From Candidatus Woesearchaeota archaeon (GTDB lineage: Archaea > Nanobdellota > Nanobdellia > Woesearchaeales > UBA583), in contig OZ242164.1 of assembly GCA_965205335.1 (NCBI GenBank), positions 448,001 to 512,000 of the forward strand: a stretch of DNA of 64,000 nucleotides, given 5' to 3'. The first letter of the stretch is position 1. The number at the start of each line of letters is the position of its first letter. This document shows, in pieces, positions 9,227-18,930 of this stretch. The position numbers and the translations under genes were made by a program. The notes under the pieces are model-generated. The model searched no databases, was not told where the DNA came from, and was given only the letters and a program-made list of their open reading frames with translations.

Positions 9227-11983
9227 CTATGGGCAATCAGATTCTGTACAAGATATTTCATTTCCATCGAATGAACAATTTCTAATTTTAATCCTCACAC
9301 TTGAATCAGTACAAGAATAGCTTCTATCTTCTCCATATTGTATATCAACAGACAAATTACCTCTAACATCACAAGCTCCATCTAATCTGCAGAATTTCTC
9401 ACCCATATAAACTTTCTGTCCTTCCGTAAACTCCTTTCCTCGAACACCAGATGACCATGCACCTAATGTGGGAACTCCATCTGTAAAACAACTTCCACCT
9501 ACATCTGCACATCCAAACGTCTTATTAATAGGAGTGAAACAACGAACTTGCGTCTTATTAAACTCAACCCAATTATCTGAGTCAGAATCTGGATCATAAT
9601 ACTTCCCTGATAAATCCCCAAAAGTTCCAAGTTTTAGGAGACTAGAATCATTATTATGACGCTCAAGACCTGTCGTTAAAATAAGAGAATCAGGCTTAGG
9701 ACTGCCACTATAACTACTCCCATTTAATTTAATAACAAAATTAGATCTACGAGGAATATGACAAAATTGACACAGACCTGCACTCTGCTCAATATCAAAA
9801 CCAGCGAATATACCCGGATTAACAAGTCCTGGTATTATCTCTCTATCGTATCCAAACCCAATAACATGCTGAGTGGGAAATGGTGATGATTCACTTCCTT
9901 GAATACTCGTTAAATTCCCAATAGCAGAAGTGCCATCACAGTCTATTCGCACTCTTGCTTTAAGAAGACTTGTGATTTCGCTTCCACGAAGATACTCAAA
10001 AATATTTTGAGTGTGGAAATTCCTATCATAACCTAGATCTCTTGGACGTTTCTGACTATTAACATAAGGTTCATAACAAAAATAAACCTCTTCATCTAAA
10101 GCAAAATCATTATTTCCACTTCCATTCTTAAAATATAGGTTGGGTTCATTATAGATACTTCTATTTAAAATTTCAGTATTACAACAAGTCATAAACCAAG
10201 GATTTTCACTACCATCATTAATAGCATGTGGACCAAGACACCTAAAAGGATAAACAGTTAAAGTATAATTCTCTTCATTAATAGGAGTTCCATCTGCTCT
10301 ATTAATCTGAATCTTGATTTCTTGGAGTGAACCATTAGTACTAATATTAAAAATTTTATTGCCAGGAACAACAATAGGTGGATCAACATCATTTACCCAA
10401 TACTCCACATAATTAAAATCAAGATCCTTTCCAAAACATGAATTAAGAACTTTTATACCATACTTTCCTGGATACAAAGCATAAGCATAGGCTTCGGTTC
10501 TACCACTACTAAAATTTGTAAATATTCTAACTTCATCATTTCTCCATTTAAATGAAGCTTCAATAGGAAAACCTGGTTTCTTATAATTATAAAATTTAAT
10601 ACAATCAATAACATCATTATTATTAAAATTCGCTGGAGTTCCTACAATAAAATAAACTCTCTGAATAGTATAAGCTTCCCCATCAGTAAGTTGTATATTA
10701 AAATCATACTTACCTTCCTTCTCTGCCTTAAAAGTATAATTGCCCTGTGTTGACAAATTAAAAATATCAGAAGGTTTCAAATCAACATATCTAACATTAC
10801 CACAATCACCACTATCACCAGAACCATAATAATGAGGAGGACGACAATCCATTACCTCAGGATCCATACGGGCAGATATATTAATTGTAGAATTCCACCA
10901 AGACCCATTATCTGCAACATAAGCCAAAATGCACTCATCATCAGTAATATTTGCACACAACACACTCAAATTAAAAGAAGGGGCATGATTTCGATACCCG
11001 AACCTATAAACATAAGGATTCCCTAAAATCTTACTCCCATCATCAAAGAAATAATAAACATACTCCTTATATTCAGGAGAATCATTAATCTTATGAATTT
11101 TAAATGTTAGTTCGCTAAGATTATCAATAAAAGCTCTTACTTTACTAATATTTCTTAAAATATTATTCAACTGAGTTGAATTACTAAGATTAATACTTCT
11201 ATTATCCATCTTTTTATTCATTAAATCCTGAGACAAGAACCTTAATGCTCCAAATCTTACAGGAACAGATACAACAGATTCTACAAACTCCACTGAATCC
11301 CCTCTTGAACCATTTAACACAATAGGATACAAAAACTTCACCTCTGTTTCATCCTTATTAAAAGAAACATTAACTGTAGCAGTTGAATTCAAATTATATA
11401 CTGAAACATCATCTAATAAAGTATTGGAAGATGCAATTACCTGCCCTGGATCTAACTCAACACCAAATTCCCTAACATCAAGAGTTTCATTAATAATCTT
11501 ATGCTGACAATTCTTTCCAAACTCCTCATAAAAATATCTCTCAAAATGTGATTTAACAGTTTCATTATAAATAGACCTGTTCACATTTTCAACTAAATAA
11601 GGAACAGTAATTCCAATCCGCAACTCCCTTGCATGAACTAAATTCCATTTCAAAGAATCCCAGTCCAAACCTATGTTCCCAATAAAATGATAAGGATATG
11701 GGACAGGGTATATAAAACTCTTTCTATATATTCCATTAGGAACACCATAAATAAACCCTCCTTTAAGTCCTGAAACAATTAATGCTTTCTCTAACTGCTT
11801 CTCCATACAAGAATCAACATACCCCTTAATAAACAAAACCCTCTCTTGAGTATCAACATCAGTCCCTCTGGAAATCTCTTCCTTTTTTGAGTCATTAGAC
11901 ATAAAAACCAAAAAAACCATGGCAGAAATAATAATTACAGAAATTATAATAAACATGCTAATCTGTCCCTTAGATGATTTCAT
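9227..11983 (-). CDS. Large Cys-rich surface protein with class III signal peptide
   Basis: KSSKG|QISMFIIISV; N-terminal domain related to 6671..8692 (YVDSC..GLKGG vs VDDC..GFQGG); many N-glycosylation sequons. Confidence 0.8.
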   Translation of the reverse strand: MKSSKGQISMFIIISVIIISAMVFLVFMSNDSKKEEISRGTDVDTQERVLFIKGYVDSCMEKQLEKALIVSGLKGGFIYGVPNGIYRKSFIYPVPYPYHFIGNIGLDWDSLKWNLVHARELRIGITVPYLVENVNRSIYNETVKSHFERYFYEEFGKNCQHKIINETLDVREFGVELDPGQVIASSNTLLDDVSVYNLNSTATVNVSFNKDETEVKFLYPIVLNGSRGDSVEFVESVVSVPVRFGALRFLSQDLMNKKMDNRSINLSNSTQLNNILRNISKVRAFIDNLSELTFKIHKINDSPEYKEYVYYFFDDGSKILGNPYVYRFGYRNHAPSFNLSVLCANITDDECILAYVADNGSWWNSTINISARMDPEVMDCRPPHYYGSGDSGDCGNVRYVDLKPSDIFNLSTQGNYTFKAEKEGKYDFNIQLTDGEAYTIQRVYFIVGTPANFNNNDVIDCIKFYNYKKPGFPIEASFKWRNDEVRIFTNFSSGRTEAYAYALYPGKYGIKVLNSCFGKDLDFNYVEYWVNDVDPPIVVPGNKIFNISTNGSLQEIKIQINRADGTPINEENYTLTVYPFRCLGPHAINDGSENPWFMTCCNTEILNRSIYNEPNLYFKNGSGNNDFALDEEVYFCYEPYVNSQKRPRDLGYDRNFHTQNIFEYLRGSEITSLLKARVRIDCDGTSAIGNLTSIQGSESSPFPTQHVIGFGYDREIIPGLVNPGIFAGFDIEQSAGLCQFCHIPRRSNFVIKLNGSSYSGSPKPDSLILTTGLERHNNDSSLLKLGTFGDLSGKYYDPDSDSDNWVEFNKTQVRCFTPINKTFGCADVGGSCFTDGVPTLGAWSSGVRGKEFTEGQKVYMGEKFCRLDGACDVRGNLSVDIQYGEDRSYSCTDSSVRIKIRNCSFDGNEISCTESDCP

Positions 11984-12531
11984 TTTTTCTCTTTCTTTGA
12001 TCTTATGAAAAGAGGTTTAAATACCATAATTACAATAACCAAAATCATCAGATAAAACAAATAAGTAACATAATTAAACTTCTTACTCTTAGTTATCTCA
12101 ACCTTGAAATTCTCAATTTCATCCTTTGAAATGGATTTCTTTATTGTATAATTTATTATGTGTGGGGGCCTTTCAACATGCCATGCAATAAGAGGATCTG
12201 ATTCCAAAATTGCATAATCTTTCTCGCTCTCTATGAATTCCTCTCTATTCTCATATGTCAATTCCTCAATAACACTCTTTGGAATTCTATGTGAAACATC
12301 AACAGGGTCTTCTGAATAAGGTACATGAATTGAAACTTCAGTTCTATCTTCAAAAAACTCAAAATTCGGATCCAAAGAATCATCAGTAAACTCACCTGAA
12401 ACATCATCCACTGTCCTAGAACTATTACTCACCTTAGTTACAAAAAACACAGAAACAGAAACCAGAACTATAAGACATAATATCATAATAACTACGACAT
12501 TCAAAGACGAAGACTGAGAATTTCTTTCCAT
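11980..12531 (-). CDS. Membrane protein with N- and C-terminal TM helices
   Basis: 183-aa ORF; TTTATAAA 23 bp upstream; stop overlaps the next gene's ATG. Confidence 0.75.
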   Translation of the reverse strand: MERNSQSSSLNVVVIMILCLIVLVSVSVFFVTKVSNSSRTVDDVSGEFTDDSLDPNFEFFEDRTEVSIHVPYSEDPVDVSHRIPKSVIEELTYENREEFIESEKDYAILESDPLIAWHVERPPHIINYTIKKSISKDEIENFKVEITKSKKFNYVTYLFYLMILVIVIMVFKPLFIRSKKEKK

Positions 12532-12576
12532 TTATTAAACAGACACAAAAATCTTTTATAAAATTTTGTCTTCACA

Positions 12577-12703
12577 GGCTCTGTCCGAAAATTCAAGAGA
12601 ACTTAAAATGTTATATAAATAAAGCAATTTTTGACAAATATTTTTTTCTTTGATTGAATATAGTTAGCATAAATTTTGGAAAAAACAATTTTCGGACAGA
12701 GCC
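12577..12703. mobile_element. MITE copy 1 (127 bp)
   Basis: 17-bp TIR GGCTCTGTCCGAAAATT; TSD TCTTCACA at 12569-76 and 12706-13 with an extra CC before the right copy. Confidence 0.95.
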
Positions 12704-12759
12704 CCTCTTCACAAACTTTTATAAATTAAATCCTACTACATAAAAATAAGGCTTTGAAG

Positions 12760-13242
12760 ATGACGCAATTTAGCTACAGAGAAAATGTAGCCGCCATCAT
12801 CATTAATAAAGATAAAAAAGTTCTTATGTGTGAACACGCATGGATTGACGATGCTTGGCAGTTACCTCAAGGAGGAATAGAAGAAAACGAGACAGAAGAA
12901 GAAACTCTTCTAAGAGAACTATGGGAAGAACTTGGAACCAAAAAATTCAAGATTCTTAAAAGAATGGATGCTAAAATTAAATATCTGCTTCCTTTTTACC
13001 TAAGAGAAAAATACGGATTATCAGGACAAGAACAGAAATATTTTCTTGTATATTTTTACGGAAAAGATGAAGAAATCCGTTTTAACAATCAGGAAAAACC
13101 TGAATTCAAAGCATTTAAATGGGTTGAATACAACAAACCTCCAATCAAAGTAATTTACTTTAAAAAATTAGCATATATGAAAGCATTGGATTACTTCAAA
13201 GAATACGTTGAAAAACTAGACATTAAATCAATCAAAACTTGA
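12760..13242 (+). CDS. Nudix hydrolase, RppH/NudH-like RNA pyrophosphohydrolase
   Basis: YRENV..WQLPQGGIEENETEEETLLRELWEELGT Nudix box, GQEQKYF and PEF..FKWV..VIYFKK as in RppH. Confidence 0.85.
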   Translation: MTQFSYRENVAAIIINKDKKVLMCEHAWIDDAWQLPQGGIEENETEEETLLRELWEELGTKKFKILKRMDAKIKYLLPFYLREKYGLSGQEQKYFLVYFYGKDEEIRFNNQEKPEFKAFKWVEYNKPPIKVIYFKKLAYMKALDYFKEYVEKLDIKSIKT

Positions 13243-13290
13243 AATCTCCATCAAAACCAAACATTTAGTTCCTTTATCTCCACTGACTTT

Positions 13291-14088
13291 CTAACTTTCA
13301 TCATCAGGGAAGTGATTTGCATTAATAATTGTCCAAGAACCCAAACCTGCTACAAGTGTTTCAAGTTTATCTTCTGATACTTGAAGTTCACCTTGTGAAT
13401 TAAACCTATCTATTTTATATGAAATTGTAAGTTCTGCTTTCAGAGATTCTTTTATCTCTGGCTTTGTTGTATCCGCTATCTCAAACTCCTTCTTTCTAAA
13501 AGTATATCCCTGTCCCTGAGTAACCTCTTGATTATAAATAATCTCTGCAAACTCAATTGAATTGGAATTTATTATTATAAGACTCTTAACTGTCAAATCC
13601 TTTATTTCTGCCCTTTTAGCTATCTGTTTAAAATATTCCAGTTCAACACCAATCTTATTATCATCTTCTGAGTTAATTATAAAAGGAACATTAATAATGA
13701 AATCTCCTTTAAAGTGTACATCCGAATTCTTAAAATCAATGGATTTTTTCTGAGGCACAACCTTATCGTTCTGTTTTAGAACACATTCATCATTATCAGA
13801 ACACATCTTCTCTAAATAATCTCCCTTAGTTCCCTCACATCCAAGAACAGGATGACTCTCTGGCACATCATTTGGACAAGAACAATAATTTTCCCCATCC
13901 TCAGGAATACCATTTCCGCATACATTCCTCTCAATTTTCTTTGCAACACACTCTCCATCCACTTCCGAATACTTCTCATACGTTGTATCAAGAGTAGAAC
14001 AATCAACATCTGAACAACCCGCAAGAACAAGAACACCACAAAACAAAAAAACAAAAAAGATATTCTTATTAATCATCTTAAATCTCAA
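13291..14088 (-). CDS. Lipoprotein-like Cys-rich hypothetical protein
   Basis: Lipobox VLAGC; CGNGIPEDGENYCSCPND motif. Confidence 0.75.
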   Translation of the reverse strand: MRFKMINKNIFFVFLFCGVLVLAGCSDVDCSTLDTTYEKYSEVDGECVAKKIERNVCGNGIPEDGENYCSCPNDVPESHPVLGCEGTKGDYLEKMCSDNDECVLKQNDKVVPQKKSIDFKNSDVHFKGDFIINVPFIINSEDDNKIGVELEYFKQIAKRAEIKDLTVKSLIIINSNSIEFAEIIYNQEVTQGQGYTFRKKEFEIADTTKPEIKESLKAELTISYKIDRFNSQGELQVSEDKLETLVAGLGSWTIINANHFPDDES

Positions 14089-14659
14089 CTTTAACAGTTA
14101 CAACCTCTGAGTATTTAATTTCGCCAATTACAACAGTGAGAGTAACAAAACAATTTCCTGGACTGGTATCAGATCCTTCTACAGCTCTCACAATAAGAGG
14201 ATAACTATCTACCTCTCCAGATTCCATATTAGGAAACCCCCCCAAAACACTAATCACTGCAGGTATACATGTAGCAGGAGTAGCACCCCCATCCGAAACA
14301 GAATAGGTAAAATGACCCCCACCACCACTACTTTTAATTTGAGCAGCAACAAGTTCATTTGCTCCTGAATTCAAAATTTTAAAGAAAAACTTTTCTCCAT
14401 CAGGATTTCCTATTTTTAGAGTTACCTCTGATGGTACTACTACAAAGTTTCCAGATTCCTGTTTAACTTTTTTCAACTGCACTTCTTCTTGTTCTGTCAA
14501 CCGTTTATCAAGATCACCTTTTGCATCTTCTAAAAAACCCGTAACAAAGGCAATCACTAGTCCCATAATCACTAAACCAATTATCAACATAATAATCAAA
14601 TTCAAACTTAACTCCACTGCTCCCTTTTTACTTTTTCTTCCTATCTGTTCCCTTATCAT
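14078..14659 (-). CDS. Pilin-like protein with class III signal peptide
   Basis: KSKKG|AVELSLNLIIMLIIGLV. Confidence 0.8.
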   Translation of the reverse strand: MIREQIGRKSKKGAVELSLNLIIMLIIGLVIMGLVIAFVTGFLEDAKGDLDKRLTEQEEVQLKKVKQESGNFVVVPSEVTLKIGNPDGEKFFFKILNSGANELVAAQIKSSGGGGHFTYSVSDGGATPATCIPAVISVLGGFPNMESGEVDSYPLIVRAVEGSDTSPGNCFVTLTVVIGEIKYSEVVTVKVEI

Positions 14660-14832
14660 ACTCTTCCTTTTATTCTCTTTACTTAAAAAGGTTTTTTATT
14701 TTCGAATAATAGTAACAAGTCAAACTATGAAGGTTATTCAACTATCTTCCAAATACAAACTAAAAAATATAATATCCTCCACACATATAAATTCAATCTG
14801 AACTCTCAAACAGAACTAATAACTAACAAAAC

Positions 14833-15768
14833 TGTGCAGTAAAGTAGCATATGCTACCATATAAAATTAGAATTTTTCTAATTTTTATGAAAAAAGAACA
14901 TTTACGCCGTGAATTCATAAAGTTAAAATGTAAGTATTCGTACTCTAAATGTCAAATACTTTTAGAGAAAAAGTTCAGTAGAACTTTTCATATTTCAACA
15001 TTAAAGCGTTGGTATAAACGATTTAATGATGGAATTTGGAATTTTCAAGACAAATCTAAAATCCCTAATAAAGTTTATTACAAAGTAACTCAAGAAGCTG
15101 AAAAAGAGATAATTGAGTTACGTAATAAAACTGGTTGGGGAGCACTAAAGCTAAAGCAAAAGATTAAATCTGTTCAATTATCTCATACTACAATCAATAA
15201 AGTTCTAAAACGTAATGGTTTAACTCGTAAAGAACATAATCGTGGGCAAAGAGCTAAATACGTTCGTTTCGAACGTAAACACTCAAATTCACTTTGGCAT
15301 ATTGATGACAGTGAATTTGGGGAAAAAGGTAAAATAATTGCAGTCATTGATGATGCCACTCGTTATTGTTTAGGTATTTTACACGTTCCAACTGTTACAA
15401 CACCAATTGTAACACAGTTTCTTGATAATTTAATCAAGAAATTTGGAAATCCTAATCAAATAATCAGTGACAATGGAGCACCATATGGACTCACAAGTAA
15501 GAAGTCTAAGTTTGATAAATGGTGTCAAAGAAGAGGGATTAAGCACATTAGAACTAGAGTTAACCGTCCTCAAACAAATGGAAAAGTGGAACGTTTGTTT
15601 GGAACAATTGACAGAGAAATTAGGTATTGCAACAATGATTTAGAGTTATTTAGATATAGATACAATGCTTTTAGGCCTCATGAGAGCTTATTTGGTCAGA
15701 CTCCTTCTTATGAGTTTGACAACTTTCAGAGAAAGTTGAGGTGGTGACATATGTCACTGCACTACACA
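14833..15768 (+). mobile_element. IS481-family element A (936 bp, chimeric)
   Basis: TGT..ACA ends. 15-bp TSD AATAACTAACAAAAC at 14818-32; the right copy is interrupted by MITE 2. Confidence 0.93.
14887..15747 (+). CDS. IS481-family DDE transposase
   Basis: N-terminal HTH, WHIDD..IDD..SDNG..PQTNGKVER..YN..RPH; start MKKE chosen by homology to the element C transposase. Confidence 0.93.
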   Translation: MKKEHLRREFIKLKCKYSYSKCQILLEKKFSRTFHISTLKRWYKRFNDGIWNFQDKSKIPNKVYYKVTQEAEKEIIELRNKTGWGALKLKQKIKSVQLSHTTINKVLKRNGLTRKEHNRGQRAKYVRFERKHSNSLWHIDDSEFGEKGKIIAVIDDATRYCLGILHVPTVTTPIVTQFLDNLIKKFGNPNQIISDNGAPYGLTSKKSKFDKWCQRRGIKHIRTRVNRPQTNGKVERLFGTIDREIRYCNNDLELFRYRYNAFRPHESLFGQTPSYEFDNFQRKLRW

Positions 15769-15782
15769 AATAACTAACAAAA

Positions 15783-15910
15783 GGCTCTGTCCGAAAATTG
15801 TTTTTTCCAAAATTTATGCTAACTATATTCAATCAAAGAAAAAAAATATTTGTCAAAAATTGCTTTATTTATATAACATTTTAAGTTCTCTTGAATTTTC
15901 GGACAGAGCC
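15783..15910. mobile_element. MITE copy 2 (128 bp, reverse orientation)
   Basis: Same TIRs; TSD TAACAAAA at 15775-82 and 15911-18. Confidence 0.97.
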
Positions 15911-15954
15911 TAACAAAACTTAAATTTATAAACAAATAAACACCCTGAAAATAT

Positions 15955-18432
15955 ATGAAAAAGTTAATACTAACTATCCTGCTAACTCTTTGCCTAACCT
16001 CAATTGGATTTGCCTTTGAAGTACTTGATGAAAACAACAAAGCAAGAACTTACTTCTCAAACAATGAACCCCAAATCTACATAAAAACACCCAAAAACAT
16101 CTCACATATAACACTTGAATATACTAAAAACGAAACAACATACGAAAAAAACTATTCCCTAAACTCCTGCGATAACTCATACTGCGTTAGTTTCTCACTA
16201 ATAAACTTTCTAACAAGCAAATCCCTCCCTATCAAAAGTGGAGAATTCGCAATATCATCAGATTCCCAATCAAAAACAATTTACTTAGATGCAGACCCTC
16301 CTAAATTTAACATAACAAATCACACAATAAACAACAAAACAAAAGAACTAAAAATACAATTCAACTACTCAGACAACTACAAAATCTCAAAAATTGAACT
16401 ATATGATGTCTCAGGTTCTAAAGAAACACCCATAAAAAACCTGACATCACAAAAATCATACTCCCAGAAAGTATCACAAATAGGGCTTATCAAACTAAGA
16501 TTCAAAACATACGATACATCAGGAAACATTAACACATACGATGAAATATTCTCAATAAACGACATATTTGAGCCAGAAATTGAAAAAACCCTTCTAATCC
16601 TAAAAGATGACTCATACTCTTTATACTTCAAAATATCAGACGATGACTTACAATCATACAGAATCATCCAAAAAGACTTGCAAATAGAAGGAGAAATTAG
16701 AGGTGAAACATATGAAAACACAATCTCACTGCCATACAACGAAGGAACAGCAAAACTTGCAGTTTACGATGAACATTCAAACACTAAAACCAAATCAATA
16801 TCTCTAAAATCATCAATCTCAAACTCATACGAAGAAAAATACTCAAACAAAGACATATTCACAGTTAAATCAAACGCAGACAAATGCATCCTGACAAAAA
16901 TAGACTCAAGACAAAAAAATACAGAACTCTCAAAATCAGGAAGAAACTTTGAAATTGATTTATCCCTAAGCAGGACCCAACCATATGATTTAGAATTCTA
17001 CTGTGAAGATGACAAAATAAGAGAATACTTCACAAGAGAATTTTACTATGACACAGAAGAACCGGAGAATACTGTTCTTGAAATAGAACAAACAAACACA
17101 GGAAACCTAAAACTTTATTGGGACAGCGCATCAGACAGACAAGGAGATGTCAAATACATCCTCTACAAAGAAGACAAAGACGGTGATGGCGATGACATTT
17201 ACGATGGAACTAAAACCTCATACACTGACAAAAACGTAAATTACCCCCAAGAATACACCTATTACCTAAGAGTTTTAGACGAGGCAGGAAACAGTGTTAG
17301 AACAAACAAAATATCACAAACCCCTCTGAAAGTAAACATAAATCTAAAAACAAGCCTTGAAAAAGATATAACCACAAAAGAAAACACATATACCTTTAAC
17401 ATTGAAACAGAAAACGAAACAACAACACACATAACCGTTAAAAATTCCGGAAAAACACTATTTGAAAACACAACTCAAAAATCAAAGAGTTCACATAAAA
17501 TACCTCTTGAAAAGGGAATCAACGAAATCATAATCAAAATAAAAGATAGTTTTAACAACACAAAAGAAGAATCATACTTTATAACATACGAAGAACCATT
17601 AATTAAACTAAAATCCACAATTAACAACAATTACATCAATAATACGAATAACAACTCTCAATTAGAAGATAAAAAAGTAGAAGACAACCAAAAAAAACAC
17701 CTATGGTATGTAATAATTTTCTCATTAATTGCTCTGGGAATATTCATATGGTATTTCATATTTAACGAAAGCAGAATAAGAAAAAGAAGTATGAAACCTA
17801 TGCAAAATTATGTGGGAAAAAAAGATGTAAATCGCAGACATGATAAAGTACTATCAAGACATATTGAACAGATTAGAAGAAACCGAAAAGAAAAAGAAGA
17901 TGAGATAATAAAGCAAAAGAAAAAAGAAGAAATAAAAGAACACAGAAAGATTTTAGACTTAGAAAAAGAAAAAATGTCAGACTTGCAATCACACAGAACA
18001 GACATAGACTTTGAAACAGGAAATCTCAAAAGAGAACCAAAAAAAGAGATTCCCGATAATAAAACCAAAAAATCGTTTTGGACAGCATTTTCAAGAAAAC
18101 CCAAGGAAAAAATTAGAAATGATCCATTTTCAAGATATTTACAAGAACAACACTCAGCAAAAAGTTGGGATTCTCCTAACCATTACAGAAAGGCTTACTT
18201 TGACAAACTAAAAGCACAAGAAGAACAAAAGAAAAAAGAACAGGAAGAAGAAAAAAAATTAAAACAACTTGACATTGAAGAAGAAAAAATAAAACATGCC
18301 AAGCCAAAGGAAATAAAAGAACATAGAAAAAACACATTATCACTTGACGAATATCTAAACAAAAGAACTAAGAAAAGAAAATTCTTCTTTGCTGACAGAG
18401 AAGTGGACAGAGACATCAGAAGAAGAAAGTAA
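15955..18432 (+). CDS. Membrane-anchored surface protein with Ig/FN3-like domains and a charged cytoplasmic tail
   Basis: Signal peptide, LYWDSASD..YTD..YTYYLRVLDEAGN FN3-like segment, TM helix, K/E-rich tail. Confidence 0.75.
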   Translation: MKKLILTILLTLCLTSIGFAFEVLDENNKARTYFSNNEPQIYIKTPKNISHITLEYTKNETTYEKNYSLNSCDNSYCVSFSLINFLTSKSLPIKSGEFAISSDSQSKTIYLDADPPKFNITNHTINNKTKELKIQFNYSDNYKISKIELYDVSGSKETPIKNLTSQKSYSQKVSQIGLIKLRFKTYDTSGNINTYDEIFSINDIFEPEIEKTLLILKDDSYSLYFKISDDDLQSYRIIQKDLQIEGEIRGETYENTISLPYNEGTAKLAVYDEHSNTKTKSISLKSSISNSYEEKYSNKDIFTVKSNADKCILTKIDSRQKNTELSKSGRNFEIDLSLSRTQPYDLEFYCEDDKIREYFTREFYYDTEEPENTVLEIEQTNTGNLKLYWDSASDRQGDVKYILYKEDKDGDGDDIYDGTKTSYTDKNVNYPQEYTYYLRVLDEAGNSVRTNKISQTPLKVNINLKTSLEKDITTKENTYTFNIETENETTTHITVKNSGKTLFENTTQKSKSSHKIPLEKGINEIIIKIKDSFNNTKEESYFITYEEPLIKLKSTINNNYINNTNNNSQLEDKKVEDNQKKHLWYVIIFSLIALGIFIWYFIFNESRIRKRSMKPMQNYVGKKDVNRRHDKVLSRHIEQIRRNRKEKEDEIIKQKKKEEIKEHRKILDLEKEKMSDLQSHRTDIDFETGNLKREPKKEIPDNKTKKSFWTAFSRKPKEKIRNDPFSRYLQEQHSAKSWDSPNHYRKAYFDKLKAQEEQKKKEQEEEKKLKQLDIEEEKIKHAKPKEIKEHRKNTLSLDEYLNKRTKKRKFFFADREVDRDIRRRK

Positions 18433-18455
18433 ATCTTCATCTCTGCTAAACAAAG

Positions 18456-18583
18456 GGCTCTGTCCGAAAATTCAAGAGAACTTAAAATGTTATATAAATA
18501 AAGCAATTTTTGACAAATATTTTTTTTCTTTGATTGAATATAGTTAGCATAAATTTTGGAAAAAACAATTTTCGGACAGAGCC
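18456..18583. mobile_element. MITE copy 3 (128 bp)
   Basis: Same TIRs; TSD AAACAAAG at 18448-55 and 18584-91. Confidence 0.97.
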
Positions 18584-18627
18584 AAACAAAGATAAATTTT
18601 ATAAAGGGTAATTATTTTATTCCAGTT

Positions 18628-18927
18628 ATGAATGATTTCAGGCAAATATTAGAAATTGAAAAAAAATATGAGAACATAATTTCTAATGCCCAAAAAAAAG
18701 CAGAAAAATCACTTGAAAAATACAAAGAAGAACTATCCCTAAAACTCAAAAAAGAAAAAAACCAACTTAGAGAAAAACTAGAGTCCCAATACAAAGAGAA
18801 AATTGAAAATCTTAACAAAGAAGGTGAAGAAATCCTAAAAGATTCAATTGAGAAATCAAAGCAGATTGACACAAGAACAGACATTCGCAAAGGCATTGAT
18901 TTCCTGATTGAAAAAATTAAATCATAA
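18628..18927 (+). CDS. atpH: A/V-type ATP synthase subunit H(G)
   Basis: Short charged coiled coil (ILEIEKKYENIISNAQKKA) directly upstream of subunit I; ATG 22 bp after the TATA box. Confidence 0.75.
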   Translation: MNDFRQILEIEKKYENIISNAQKKAEKSLEKYKEELSLKLKKEKNQLREKLESQYKEKIENLNKEGEEILKDSIEKSKQIDTRTDIRKGIDFLIEKIKS

Positions 18928-18930
18928 AAA

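Noticed and set aside
12577-12703. MITEs as derivatives of the local IS481 elements
   Set aside because: Different ends (GGC vs TGT) and TSD lengths (8 vs 15 bp); no shared sequence seen.
15819-16040. Small ORFs and N-terminal extensions running into elements (15819..16040, 54983..55174, and starts at 18556, 55035, 61890, 62787, 14851, 24136)
   Set aside because: They begin in or cross MITE/IS termini; downstream ATGs fit TATA spacing or homology better.
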